From NCBI GenBank assembly GCA_020352535.1, contig CP070679.1, positions 872,501-914,086 on the forward strand: a stretch of DNA of 41,586 bases, in the 5' to 3' direction. Positions 8,619-17,183 of the stretch are shown one piece after another. Under the pieces are notes generated by a model. That model had not been told where the DNA came from. It saw only the letters and a list, made by a program, of their open reading frames with translations, and did no database searches. A program made the translations under genes and the position numbers. The stretch comes from Candidatus Bathyarchaeota archaeon. Lineage in GTDB: Archaea; Thermoproteota; Bathyarchaeia; Bathyarchaeales; Bathyarchaeaceae. The number at the start of each line of letters is the position of its first letter. The stretch's first letter is position 1.

Positions 8619-11600
8619 TTACATCTTCTCCTTTAGAACCAACTCATGCTCGAGATATTTCTGATCGTGTAACTTCCTGACTTGGAGGTACTTCCGGAGA
8701 ACTTTGTCATCCTCCTTTTCGTAGATGCTTATCTCTCCGTCAAAGAGGTCTAGAACAGCTTGGACTTCTTGAGCAGGATGCATTCCTGGATCAATCGTTG
8801 CTAGGGTCGTGAAGCCTTTAGACTTTAACTCAGGAATAAGTGATGTCAACCACCTTCTGGTGTTGATCGCGTGATGTTGGAGGAGGACGTCTGAGATTAT
8901 CGCAATACACGCTCTTCTCTCTCCAGCCTCTCCCTTGAGCTTGCGGAGCGCTGCGGTCAGGGCGATGCTGATAGCGGTGAGGTTTTCCACGCCTTTAAGC
9001 TTGACAACATTCGGTAGATCTTCTACGATCGCATCGGCTTGAGGGTTGCAGATAAACAGGTGGAAGTTTGGTTGAAGTTCCTTGGTCATTTTCCTCACGC
9101 CCATCGACTTGGTTGTAACATAGAATGTGACCTGTCCTTCTCTTCCTCCAGTTTCAAGGAAATCCCTGATTAGACGATCTGCCTCGTCAGAGGCTGATGC
9201 CGCCAATATGAGGGTATAGCCTTTTGGAATACCTCCTAAGAGGAGGGTGTCAAGCTTCTCAAATCCAGTGGCAAGGCGATCGGGAAGAACGACTCCTACG
9301 CTCTCAACGGTCACGGGATTGAGCTTTGAGGTGGCTTCATGCCCAGTTTCATCAACGTAGATAATTCGTAATTTCATCTCGTGCGTACCCTTGTCAAAGG
9401 CTCTTAGGACAAGTCGAATATCTTCGATTTTCAGAGGGTCAAGTCTTTTCCCACCCATGTTCAGTGTTGAGCCTTTGACTTGGCAGTATTCGGGTTTGGA
9501 GATTAACTCAAAACCATGCGGGATAGCTCCTTCTAGTTTGGCTAATAGGATGGTTCCTTTCCCAACGTTTGCCAGCTGTATGTCGAGGTTGAGATTCTCT
9601 CCAACAGAGACATTTCCTGCGAGTGATGTCACCTCTGCTTGTATGCTTGCATGATCAAATCGTTCTAGTCCTACTGCCGATTCCTCGCTAGGGGTTGGTG
9701 TTACGAAGCTTGCTGTTGATGATGTGATAGTTGGTGCCAGCAAAACCTCGTGAAGTGACAAGGCGAGTTCCTTTTCTTCCTTGACTTTCTCTAGGAGTCG
9801 TTGGACTTGTTCAGCTTTTGCTGGGTATCTTGCCTTTAGATAAGATTTGATTGAGGTTTGCAGAACCTTTTCGGCCACAACATAGAGCTTCGCTTTCTTC
9901 TCTGGCTCTACTTCCTTCTTGGCACTGTCCATATAGATGTAGGCATCGAAGAGGCGTTGAGTGCCCTTGGCGTATTCAGAAGCAGTTTTGAAACCTGCTT
10001 TAACATAGTGATTTGCAGCGCTCTCCAGATGCCTAATTGCTCTTTCATGTAGAGTCGTATCTCTTGAATCTTCGAATTCGGTTCCAGCAGCAAGTGCTTT
10101 GCAGAAGCGGCTATGACCCAAGGCTAGCAATCGCGCCTTTTCGTTGAAACTGTGCTCCTTGGCTTTGTCAAAGAGCTGTGCAGCCTTTGAGTACAATTCA
10201 GGAGAAGCTTCTGCCTCAGCTTTTGCCATTATCTCCCAGGCTCTACAAAGATAGATTATTGGCGTGAGTTCCTGACGGTCTTTCGCAATTGTTTCCTCTG
10301 TAAACGATGCTTCTTGCTCGATTGTTTCAAGCACTTTCTCGAATTCATCAGCTGCGTGTCGATATTTCTCTGAGCTGGCAGTGTTAGCCCCTTGTCTGCT
10401 GAGGATTTTACCTTCTTCCAGGAATATTCTTCCCTGTGAATATTCTTCTCGGATGATTAGCGCTTTGATTAGTCTCTCAGCCAGATCCTTCTCGTCCAAG
10501 TTCTCAATTTGACGTAAGGCGGCTTGGAGCGTGGTTCTTGCTTCCTGGAACAAGTTTGCTGCTTTTTGGAAGAGTTCTACAGCCTGCTCAGTTCGGTCTC
10601 TTCTACTCAGGTCTTCAGCTTCTTCTAAGCGAGCCCATGCTGAATAGTTAGGGGCTAGATAGCTCCATCGTTCGCTGGTCTCATGGAGGTTGGCAGCTTT
10701 CTCGTAATGCTCCATTGCCTCTCCATACCGTTTCTCTTTATGAGAATTCTTCGCCTTTTCGATCTCGTTCCAGGCTAGCATATAGACCGAGTGGTCTCGA
10801 TAAAAGCTTGCAAGCTTCGGGGTTTTTTGAGCAGCCTTGATGTAGCTATTTGAAGCATGTCGGAAGCTCCTTGCAGCCTCTAGGTACTCCCCCATAGTGT
10901 CCTGAGTCTTCGCGATTTTCCAAAATAGCCCTGCCATATGGCTTACCAAATCCAGCTTTTGAGCTGATTTGACCGCTTCTTTCAAGACGCTAATGGCCTT
11001 CTCAAGGTAACCATGCTTGGCTGTCAGATTGTATAGGCGCATCAAGAGGGTCGCGTAGGCTTCTTGATAGTCTCTAAGCCCGGCAAAAAGCGTAATTTCC
11101 CCTTTCCTCTCGAAATCCGGCATCACTCTGTAACAGAGGTCAAGGCATTTTTCCTTGCTTGCAGCCGCCTTTTCAAGAAGCTTGACTTTGCTCTTCAAAT
11201 CTGGCTCGATATCAGCGAGTTCAGCTTCTATTCCTGCTAGATAATTCAGCATTACTCCTCTATTCCAATAGAAGAATGGGGAAAGCTGCTCCTGAATCTG
11301 AATTGTCCTCTTTCGATGTTCCAGAGCTTTCTCCAAGAGTTTCTTCTTCTCCGAGGGATTTCGCTCAACTCGCGCTTGGTCTTGGAGGGTTTTGCTGACT
11401 ACATGAAGTACTTGTGCAATTGGCATGGGCATATCTGAGTTTTCAGCCACCCTCAAGGCTTCAATCCCGAGCGTCTCAGACTCCCTCAAGAATTCTGATC
11501 TTCTCCTTTGGTCAGACTCCCATAGAGCTAGATGATAGTAGTGTTCAGCTTGTCCAGAGGGTGGACCGATAAGGCCTCCTCGAGGGCTAACAAAGGATAT

Positions 11601-12611
11601 TATATTATAGTGATGATGCGCCTCTTCATAGAACTTCATAGCGCTATCAGTCAATTCCTTTCTCAGTTCAGGATTTTCTAGTGCCCGAGCACGTGCCTTC
11701 CAGTAGGTGTCATAGGCTAGATAATCGAGACTATGTGCGATTAGGAAATTGTCTTGTGTCTGTCTGCCACATTCCAATGAGTTCTCATGATGGATTGCTG
11801 CCTCTTCTTCTCCAGAGTTTATTCCTAGCCAAAGGTGGGACAACCCCAAGAGAAGTGTATCATTAGCTGCTTCAGCGAGTTCAGCGGCCTTGGTCAGATA
11901 TTTAATAGCTTTCAATCGGTGTGGATCTATCTCCTCTGATTCCGCAATGAGATAGAATCCAGCATCACTCAAGCAGGTTGCCAACGCAAGATATGTCCAA
12001 GCACTCTCCTCCTCATGTATGTCATCGCCGTCACGGAGAAGGTCTATTACCTTCTCTCCCCATTTCATACCCCTTTCCAGAATGCCCTTCAGAGTCTTCC
12101 GATTCCATTCAAGAAAAATCCTACAGAAGAAGATGAGGAACAACTCGTTGAATGTCCTCGCATACTCTCGCTTTTCTCCAGCTTCAAGAAGAACCTTTAA
12201 TGCCTTTTCTTCTAGCTCCAGGCTTTCATCAAGAGTCTTTCTCTTCTCAGATGGAGTGGACGCGAGCCAGTAGCCCAAATACTTGGCAATGGCTTGACAT
12301 CGCAACGCCCTTCCATTATTCTGGTTGTGCGAAACCTTTTCGTAAAGCTCCTGCGCAGCCTCGTACGCCTTAATCGCATGTTGCATCTTCTCCCTGAAGT
12401 CCTCTCTACTCTCTGCCTGCATTGCTGCTCTCTTCAAGCAGGAGCCGACCCTCTCACGGATCTCCCCAGCTTCTAGCGGCGATTCGCCTTCTTGTATACT
12501 AGCTTCCGCCTTCTCCAGCAACGTTGCAGCACGAAGCCATTGGTTCTTCCTCTCAGCTTCATTCACTTGAGCGAGGACATGTTCGAGAGGCTCTTTCAAG
12601 GACTGAATCAC
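8619..12611 (-). CDS. Giant multidomain protein: about 960 aa of TPR/SNAP-like helical repeats, a beta-sandwich, and a C-terminal KaiC/RecA-like domain with a degenerate P-loop
   Basis: Uninterrupted 1330-codon ORF with a GTG start. The C-terminal 224 aa (about 8622-9293) read TGFEKLDTLLLGGIPKGYTLILAASASDEAD...RACIAIISDV, which is KaiC/RadA-like without GxxGxGKT. Residues encoded at about 9294-9640 look like an all-beta CARDB/NEW3-like module. Confidence 0.8.
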   Translation of the reverse strand: MIQSLKEPLEHVLAQVNEAERKNQWLRAATLLEKAEASIQEGESPLEAGEIRERVGSCLKRAAMQAESREDFREKMQHAIKAYEAAQELYEKVSHNQNNGRALRCQAIAKYLGYWLASTPSEKRKTLDESLELEEKALKVLLEAGEKREYARTFNELFLIFFCRIFLEWNRKTLKGILERGMKWGEKVIDLLRDGDDIHEEESAWTYLALATCLSDAGFYLIAESEEIDPHRLKAIKYLTKAAELAEAANDTLLLGLSHLWLGINSGEEEAAIHHENSLECGRQTQDNFLIAHSLDYLAYDTYWKARARALENPELRKELTDSAMKFYEEAHHHYNIISFVSPRGGLIGPPSGQAEHYYHLALWESDQRRRSEFLRESETLGIEALRVAENSDMPMPIAQVLHVVSKTLQDQARVERNPSEKKKLLEKALEHRKRTIQIQEQLSPFFYWNRGVMLNYLAGIEAELADIEPDLKSKVKLLEKAAASKEKCLDLCYRVMPDFERKGEITLFAGLRDYQEAYATLLMRLYNLTAKHGYLEKAISVLKEAVKSAQKLDLVSHMAGLFWKIAKTQDTMGEYLEAARSFRHASNSYIKAAQKTPKLASFYRDHSVYMLAWNEIEKAKNSHKEKRYGEAMEHYEKAANLHETSERWSYLAPNYSAWARLEEAEDLSRRDRTEQAVELFQKAANLFQEARTTLQAALRQIENLDEKDLAERLIKALIIREEYSQGRIFLEEGKILSRQGANTASSEKYRHAADEFEKVLETIEQEASFTEETIAKDRQELTPIIYLCRAWEIMAKAEAEASPELYSKAAQLFDKAKEHSFNEKARLLALGHSRFCKALAAGTEFEDSRDTTLHERAIRHLESAANHYVKAGFKTASEYAKGTQRLFDAYIYMDSAKKEVEPEKKAKLYVVAEKVLQTSIKSYLKARYPAKAEQVQRLLEKVKEEKELALSLHEVLLAPTITSSTASFVTPTPSEESAVGLERFDHASIQAEVTSLAGNVSVGENLNLDIQLANVGKGTILLAKLEGAIPHGFELISKPEYCQVKGSTLNMGGKRLDPLKIEDIRLVLRAFDKGTHEMKLRIIYVDETGHEATSKLNPVTVESVGVVLPDRLATGFEKLDTLLLGGIPKGYTLILAASASDEADRLIRDFLETGGREGQVTFYVTTKSMGVRKMTKELQPNFHLFICNPQADAIVEDLPNVVKLKGVENLTAISIALTAALRKLKGEAGERRACIAIISDVLLQHHAINTRRWLTSLIPELKSKGFTTLATIDPGMHPAQEVQAVLDLFDGEISIYEKEDDKVLRKYLQVRKLHDQKYLEHELVLKEKM

Positions 12612-12769
12612 AACCCGTCAACATAAGCGGTGAACAGTTTTTCTGCAACCCGCGGCTTAAAAGAATAACTGAACCAGAGCTTCTATGAGAAAAGAAACCG
12701 GTTTCACCAACCCAACCATGAGTTACAGCGAAAAAGATTAGTCTAACATCGGGTTCATGACGTCTGTGT

Positions 12770-12844
12770 GGGCCGGTAGTTCAGCTTGGTATGAATGCCT
12801 GGCTTGCATCCAGGAGGACGCGGGTTCAAATCCCGCCCGGTCCA
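12770..12844 (+). tRNA. tRNA-Ala (UGC)
   Basis: Cloverleaf folded by hand: acceptor GGGCCGG/CCGGTCC with G3:U70, anticodon arm CCTGG-CTTGCAT-CCAGG, T arm GCGGG-TTCAAAT-CCCGC, discriminator A. CCA is not encoded. Confidence 0.9.
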
Positions 12845-12960
12845 CTATGGAACGTGCTCCATCTCTCCTTGATTAGAAGCTTTTAGCGGAGATTGGAGGA
12901 ATAAGGCTTTTAGGAAATGCAGATATTTGACATATTGTCAGGAAACCTGAGGGTAGCCCT

Positions 12961-13098
12961 ATGAGTAGCGGTGTAAGAGGTGGAAAGAAGGGGCGGGAGA
13001 GAGGCGCAGGGAAGCCTAAACCACTCACCAAGAAGGAACGAAAAGAAAAGAAGAAGAAAAAGAAGCTCGCTAAATTGGAAAGAAGGACAACTCGATAG
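12961..13098 (+). CDS. Candidate 45-aa highly basic protein (below the ORF-track cutoff)
   Basis: ATG...TAG reads MSSGVRGGKKGRERGAGKPKPLTKKERKEKKKKKKLAKLERRTTR. GAGGG lies about 10 nt upstream and an AT-rich box about 30 nt upstream. It sits between two tRNA genes. The low-complexity sequence makes the coding status uncertain. Confidence 0.3.
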   Translation: MSSGVRGGKKGRERGAGKPKPLTKKERKEKKKKKKLAKLERRTTR

Positions 13099-13139
13099 GA
13101 TCTGATTGATGAGCTTATTGGCATAATGGGAGTTGCTGA

Positions 13140-13232
13140 TGGGCCCGGGGAGACTTGAACTCCCGACCAACAGGTTATGAGCTTCGACAAGAACACTTCT
13201 CTGTCGCTCTAACCTAGCTGAGCTACGGGCCC
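13140..13232 (-). tRNA. tRNA with anticodon CAU (elongator Met or Ile2) carrying an 18-nt intron in the anticodon stem
   Basis: The minus strand reads GGGCCCG-TA-GCTC-AGCTAGGTTA-GAGC-G-ACAG[AGAAGTGTTCTTGTCGAA]G-CTCATAA-CCTGT-TGGTC-GGGAG-TTCAAGT-CTCCC-CGGGCCC-A. The cloverleaf closes only if 13183-13200 is removed. It is not an initiator (no A1:U72). Confidence 0.8.
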
Positions 13233-13430
13233 TATGACGATAATTCCATATCCAGTTGTGATTTAAGCATTTTTCGTCTTAATTCAATGGCTCACTGAAA
13301 CATGGCACTTCTTCCGTATCTGTCTAGTTCGTACTTTCTCCCTCGAAACTGAATTCTTGCTTTATGAAGTTGATGCGGAAGAAACGTTTATTACGTATTA
13401 AGATATGACATATAGTGGTGTGTATCTAGA

Positions 13431-13625
13431 ATGACCTTGGTTCGCCAAGAGGTCAAACACGGATTATCAATAAGGAGACCAGTCGACTGCGCTCACTGCA
13501 AACATGCTATCCCTTCCCCTAGGAGCTTCTTTTGCGTCAAACTCAAACAGCATGTGGAGGACAATACGCACTGCCCCTACTTTGAATCTGAACCACCAGA
13601 GTATAAGCTCTACAAGAGAATGTAA
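13431..13625 (+). CDS. Hypothetical small Cys/His protein
   Basis: 64 aa with an ATG start and an AT-rich box (tttattacgtattaag) upstream. Contains CAHC...C...HC, a possible zinc-binding pattern. No family recognised. Confidence 0.35.
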   Translation: MTLVRQEVKHGLSIRRPVDCAHCKHAIPSPRSFFCVKLKQHVEDNTHCPYFESEPPEYKLYKRM

Positions 13626-13645
13626 CTCAAACTGTACTACTGGTG

Positions 13646-14545
13646 TTAACTCAGCTTTCTCAATTGCTCGATTCTCCCGACGAAAGTTCCATCTAGAAGG
13701 TAGGTCTCTGCATGATCGACATCAACGCTTCCAAAGCGCAGAACTGGGCCTATGAATGTCCCCGATCTTCCTTTTCCACTTAGACTTTTCTTGTTAACCG
13801 TTTGCCCTCCAAGAAAATCGTTGAACGAGGGCATAATGAGAAACCTAGATGAAGCCTTCGCTCTGACCCCATAGTGCTTCCTGAGCGAAGCCACGGCGTC
13901 AGCGTCGGTCTTGACGCCCATCCTCTTGAGAATAGGTTCAGCCAGCATTTCGCAGTTGCATACCGCTTTCACCCACACTTGCCTTGTTAATCGGAAACCC
14001 ATCAGATCCCGAAATGCAACCATTGGGTGAACATGAGCTGTAACAAGGTCGCGACACCCTAGAAGTTCAGGGGCAGGCCAAGCGTGACCATGAAAGAACC
14101 CGACATTCCAGAGGATAGCACCTTTAGACGGCAGTATCTCCACATCCTTAGGGAGAAGAGGTTTGAGGCTTCCATCATGGTTCCCTGGAATAACTCGAAT
14201 ACTTGACACCTTTCTGCTGATTGTCTCGAAAAAGTCAGGAATGTCTTTCCACTCTCTCAGTTCAACCTTGGCAACTGCGTGTTTAACATCTCCAAGAAAA
14301 ACCAAGCTGGTGGGCCTACACAATTCGATGGCCTGCATCATCTTCTCGAGTATTCTCTCTGTTTGAGATGGAACGTGAATCCCCTTCTCTGCTAATGAGA
14401 CTTCCCAGCCAATATGAAGGTCTGCAACCACTAGAACTTTTTCGGAACCCTTTCGCAGTAGTAGTGCTGGGAACGATTTCACAGGTGTAATCAAATTATT
14501 GGTCACTCTTGATTGTAACTCAGAGGAAGGTGAACAAGAGTCCAC
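13646..14545 (-). CDS. Calcineurin-like metallophosphoesterase (archaeal SbcD/Mre11-related ICC family)
   Basis: Motifs VVADLHIGWE, LVFLGDVKH, IPGNHD, FHGHAWP and AHVHP. GTG start 5 nt after the IMPase stop. Confidence 0.8.
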   Translation of the reverse strand: MDSCSPSSELQSRVTNNLITPVKSFPALLLRKGSEKVLVVADLHIGWEVSLAEKGIHVPSQTERILEKMMQAIELCRPTSLVFLGDVKHAVAKVELREWKDIPDFFETISRKVSSIRVIPGNHDGSLKPLLPKDVEILPSKGAILWNVGFFHGHAWPAPELLGCRDLVTAHVHPMVAFRDLMGFRLTRQVWVKAVCNCEMLAEPILKRMGVKTDADAVASLRKHYGVRAKASSRFLIMPSFNDFLGGQTVNKKSLSGKGRSGTFIGPVLRFGSVDVDHAETYLLDGTFVGRIEQLRKLS

Positions 14546-14550
14546 TCTGC

Positions 14551-15384
14551 CTATTCAAGGCTTATGAGTTCCTGGATGTCCTCCAATAGTGAAGTATTCG
14601 CAGCTGAGATAAATGACACCTTCTGAGTCGTAGTCAATGGAGCGTTCAACTCCTCCCCTTTAAGGGAGACCATGACACCTCCTGCTTCCCGCAGGATAAG
14701 GCTGGCTGCAGCGATATCTGTAACTCGCAGCTTACCACGCAGATCTACAAAAGCATCAGTAGTCCCATCAGCAACATAGCAGAGTTCAAGAGCATTTGCT
14801 CCAAGGTGGCGAAAATGCTCAATCTTCTGAAGTAGGCCTAACAAGGGTGTAATCGATTCCTTCCTCCTCACTGCACTCAAGTCTACACCTACAACTGCCC
14901 CTTCAAGGGTCGGCGTTGAAGACGATTGGATTGCTTTTCCATTCTTGTGGGCTCCACCATCTCGACTGGCTGTGTAGGTGATGTCGTGGAACAGGTCTGA
15001 TACAAGTGCAACCTCTACATCCTTGAGATAGGTGGTTTTAGAAACCGCAATGGAGGTAGCTATGAAAGGTAGCCCTCGGACTGCGTTGGTCGTGCCATCG
15101 ACAGGATCTGTTGTCAAGAAATAGTCTGCTGGCGTTGAACCGAGTTTCTTAACTCCAGACTCTTCACTAATAAGAGTGCATGACATGTCAAGGTTCTGCA
15201 CAGTGTCAATTAGAGCCTTTTCAGCGGCCAAATCAATTCTTTTCATTACATCGCCACCTGCACCAATACCAAATCCAATAGCAGCCTCAACGGATCCGAA
15301 GAGAGGAAGAACATCCCTCCTAATCTTCTTGGAGCATTCGATGAGCACGTCTAGCCAAGTCGTCAACTTGCGGTTCCTTCTCAT
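14551..15384 (-). CDS. Inositol monophosphatase / fructose-1,6-bisphosphatase family protein
   Basis: 277 aa with EESG, DPVDGTTNA and the WDxAA-equivalent VTDIAAASLILREAGG, as in the archaeal IMPase/FBPase family. Confidence 0.8.
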   Translation of the reverse strand: MRRNRKLTTWLDVLIECSKKIRRDVLPLFGSVEAAIGFGIGAGGDVMKRIDLAAEKALIDTVQNLDMSCTLISEESGVKKLGSTPADYFLTTDPVDGTTNAVRGLPFIATSIAVSKTTYLKDVEVALVSDLFHDITYTASRDGGAHKNGKAIQSSSTPTLEGAVVGVDLSAVRRKESITPLLGLLQKIEHFRHLGANALELCYVADGTTDAFVDLRGKLRVTDIAAASLILREAGGVMVSLKGEELNAPLTTTQKVSFISAANTSLLEDIQELISLE

Positions 15385-15585
15385 TAAGAAATTTGGGTAA
15401 TAGATATTACAGTCTGCTTTTAAGGGTGAGCGTTATGGAGTTGACGCTGCTCATCTGCAGATGGAATGATCTTTCAATCGCGATTATATCCGGAGTAAAC
15501 CGCAATGTTGCTACTCATGTACAATTGGGGATATGGAGTCTAGTTAGTAAGAGTTAATTCAAAGGATTGTAGAAATTCTAGTCGA

Positions 15586-15670
15586 GCGGGGGTCGCCAAG
15601 CCAGGTTAAAGGCGCAGGGTTCAGGTCCCTGTCCCGTAGGGGTTCGTGGGTTCGAATCCCACCCCCCGCA
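15586..15670 (+). tRNA. tRNA-Leu (CAG)
   Basis: Acceptor GCGGGGG/CCCCCGC, anticodon arm CAGGG-TTCAGGT-CCCTG, long variable arm TCCCGTAGGGGTTC, T arm GTGGG-TTCGAAT-CCCAC, discriminator A. Confidence 0.9.
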
Positions 15671-15771
15671 TTAAGATATTTAGGAACTAATCCATCTCTT
15701 AGTGACTTCTTAATATTGAAATAGTGGGCGTTCACAAGTAGATTATCTCCTAGAGTCAGGAAGTTGCAGGT

Positions 15772-16437
15772 ATGAAGCTTGTACTATTCGGGCCACCAGG
15801 CTCTGGCAAGGGCACATATGCTTCTCGACTGGAGTCAAGACTGGGTATAGCTGCGATATCCACGGGAGATATTTTCCGAGAAGCCGTCAAGCAGGGCTCC
15901 ACGCTCGGTAAGGAAATCAAGGAATACCTAGATAGTGGTCGACTTGTTCCAGACGAGAAAGTGATACCGGTTGTAAGTACTCGGATTACTGGTCCAAGAG
16001 GCGGAAAGGGGTTTGTCTTAGATGGGTTTCCACGGACAGTTGACCAAGCAAGCGCTCTTGAAAATATGGTTCACATCGACGCCATCGTCAACCTATCAGT
16101 TCCAGAAGAGATAATCATCCGTAGACTTTCAACTAGGAGAACCTGCCGTGACTGTGGTGCTATATTCAACCTCAAGACTATGAAGCCCCGATATGAAGGA
16201 GTCTGTGACCGGTGTCAAGGTCCACTGGTCCAACGAGAAGATGACACAGCTCCAGTCATCAAGGAGAGACTCCGAGTTTTCGAGAAACAAAGTCGACCAT
16301 TGATAGATTACTACCGAGATAGGATTCCCCTTCTGAGCATAGCTTGTGATGACCTACCTCCCGAGGATGTAGTACAACAGATTATCACGAAACTAGAGAA
16401 GCTAAATTTACTAGGATTTACATCCACTAGCTGCTAA
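15772..16437 (+). CDS. adk: Adenylate kinase, long type with a Cys4 zinc LID
   Basis: MKLVLFGPPGSGKGT P-loop, GFVLDGFPRT, and LID CRDCG...CDRCQGPLVQREDD. Confidence 0.9.
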   Translation: MKLVLFGPPGSGKGTYASRLESRLGIAAISTGDIFREAVKQGSTLGKEIKEYLDSGRLVPDEKVIPVVSTRITGPRGGKGFVLDGFPRTVDQASALENMVHIDAIVNLSVPEEIIIRRLSTRRTCRDCGAIFNLKTMKPRYEGVCDRCQGPLVQREDDTAPVIKERLRVFEKQSRPLIDYYRDRIPLLSIACDDLPPEDVVQQIITKLEKLNLLGFTSTSC

Positions 16438-16490
16438 TCGAGCTTTATCGAGCACTTGCCTTTTTATCTAAACGTGAGTTCTATAGATTT

Positions 16491-17126
16491 ATGGATGCGC
16501 TGTACTTCGCAGCAACAGTAGTATTGGTTACCATATCTGGAGCCTTAGCCCCTGGCCCTCTATTTTTTACTACAATCTCTCATGGCACAAAGTTGGGAGC
16601 TCGAGGTGGTCTCGCATTCGCTATTGGGCACACTCTATTCGAATTCCCCCTGATTATACTGCTCGCTCTAGGCCTTGACACAATAGTGAGGGTTCCAGCA
16701 GTCCAAGCTGTGACAGGAGTGATAGGTGGGGCAGCGTTGATAGCGTTTGGCATCTTTCAAATCCGTGACTGCTATGCTTCAACACCTGACAAGCCAAAAT
16801 CCCATGGTATAATGTTCCGCCACCCTATACTAGTAGGGCTGGGCTTCACCGGCTTGAACCCGTTCTTCGTTGCCTGGTGGTTCACAGCTGGTCTAGAGCT
16901 GATTCGACTTTCATTGCTATTCATTGGCTTCCTTGGAATTGTATTTATGTATGTTTGTCACGTGTGGATGGATTATGTCTGGCTCATAGCCGTTGCACAC
17001 TTTTCACGGTTGGGCATCAATGTGGTTGATGCCAAATGGTACAGAATTGCCGTAGCCATCTTTGGAGCCATACTCATCTACTTCGGGCTTACATTTCTCA
17101 TTTCAGTCATCGAACTTCCAATCTAA
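16491..17126 (+). CDS. LysE/RhtB-family amino-acid exporter
   Basis: 211 aa with six helices and the N-terminal ISGALAPGPLFF pattern typical of LysE translocators. Confidence 0.7.
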   Translation: MDALYFAATVVLVTISGALAPGPLFFTTISHGTKLGARGGLAFAIGHTLFEFPLIILLALGLDTIVRVPAVQAVTGVIGGAALIAFGIFQIRDCYASTPDKPKSHGIMFRHPILVGLGFTGLNPFFVAWWFTAGLELIRLSLLFIGFLGIVFMYVCHVWMDYVWLIAVAHFSRLGINVVDAKWYRIAVAIFGAILIYFGLTFLISVIELPI

Positions 17127-17183
17127 TCTGGCTTCGACTTCTTTAAATAGAGAGTTCATCCTTCCTCAGATGGAGCGGGTCAA

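Noticed and set aside
12821-12836. GGTTCAAATCCCG shared by tRNA-Ala and tRNA-Asp, considered as a possible att-site duplication.
   Set aside because: It is the conserved T-arm sequence within intact tRNA genes. No partial tRNA copy or integrase is present.
12873-13196. Minus-strand ORFs of 107 and 86 aa spanning the tRNA-Ala/tRNA-Met spacer.
   Set aside because: They run into the tRNA(CAU) gene. They translate to poly-Phe/Ser low-complexity sequence, the complement of the purine-rich plus-strand tract. The plus-strand 45-codon ORF is the more plausible reading, if anything is coding.
15772-16437. Bacterial/eukaryotic-type Adk rather than the archaeal AdkA type, located outside a ribosomal-protein operon.
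   Set aside because: Several archaeal lineages are known to use this type. It is not anomalous enough to count as a finding.
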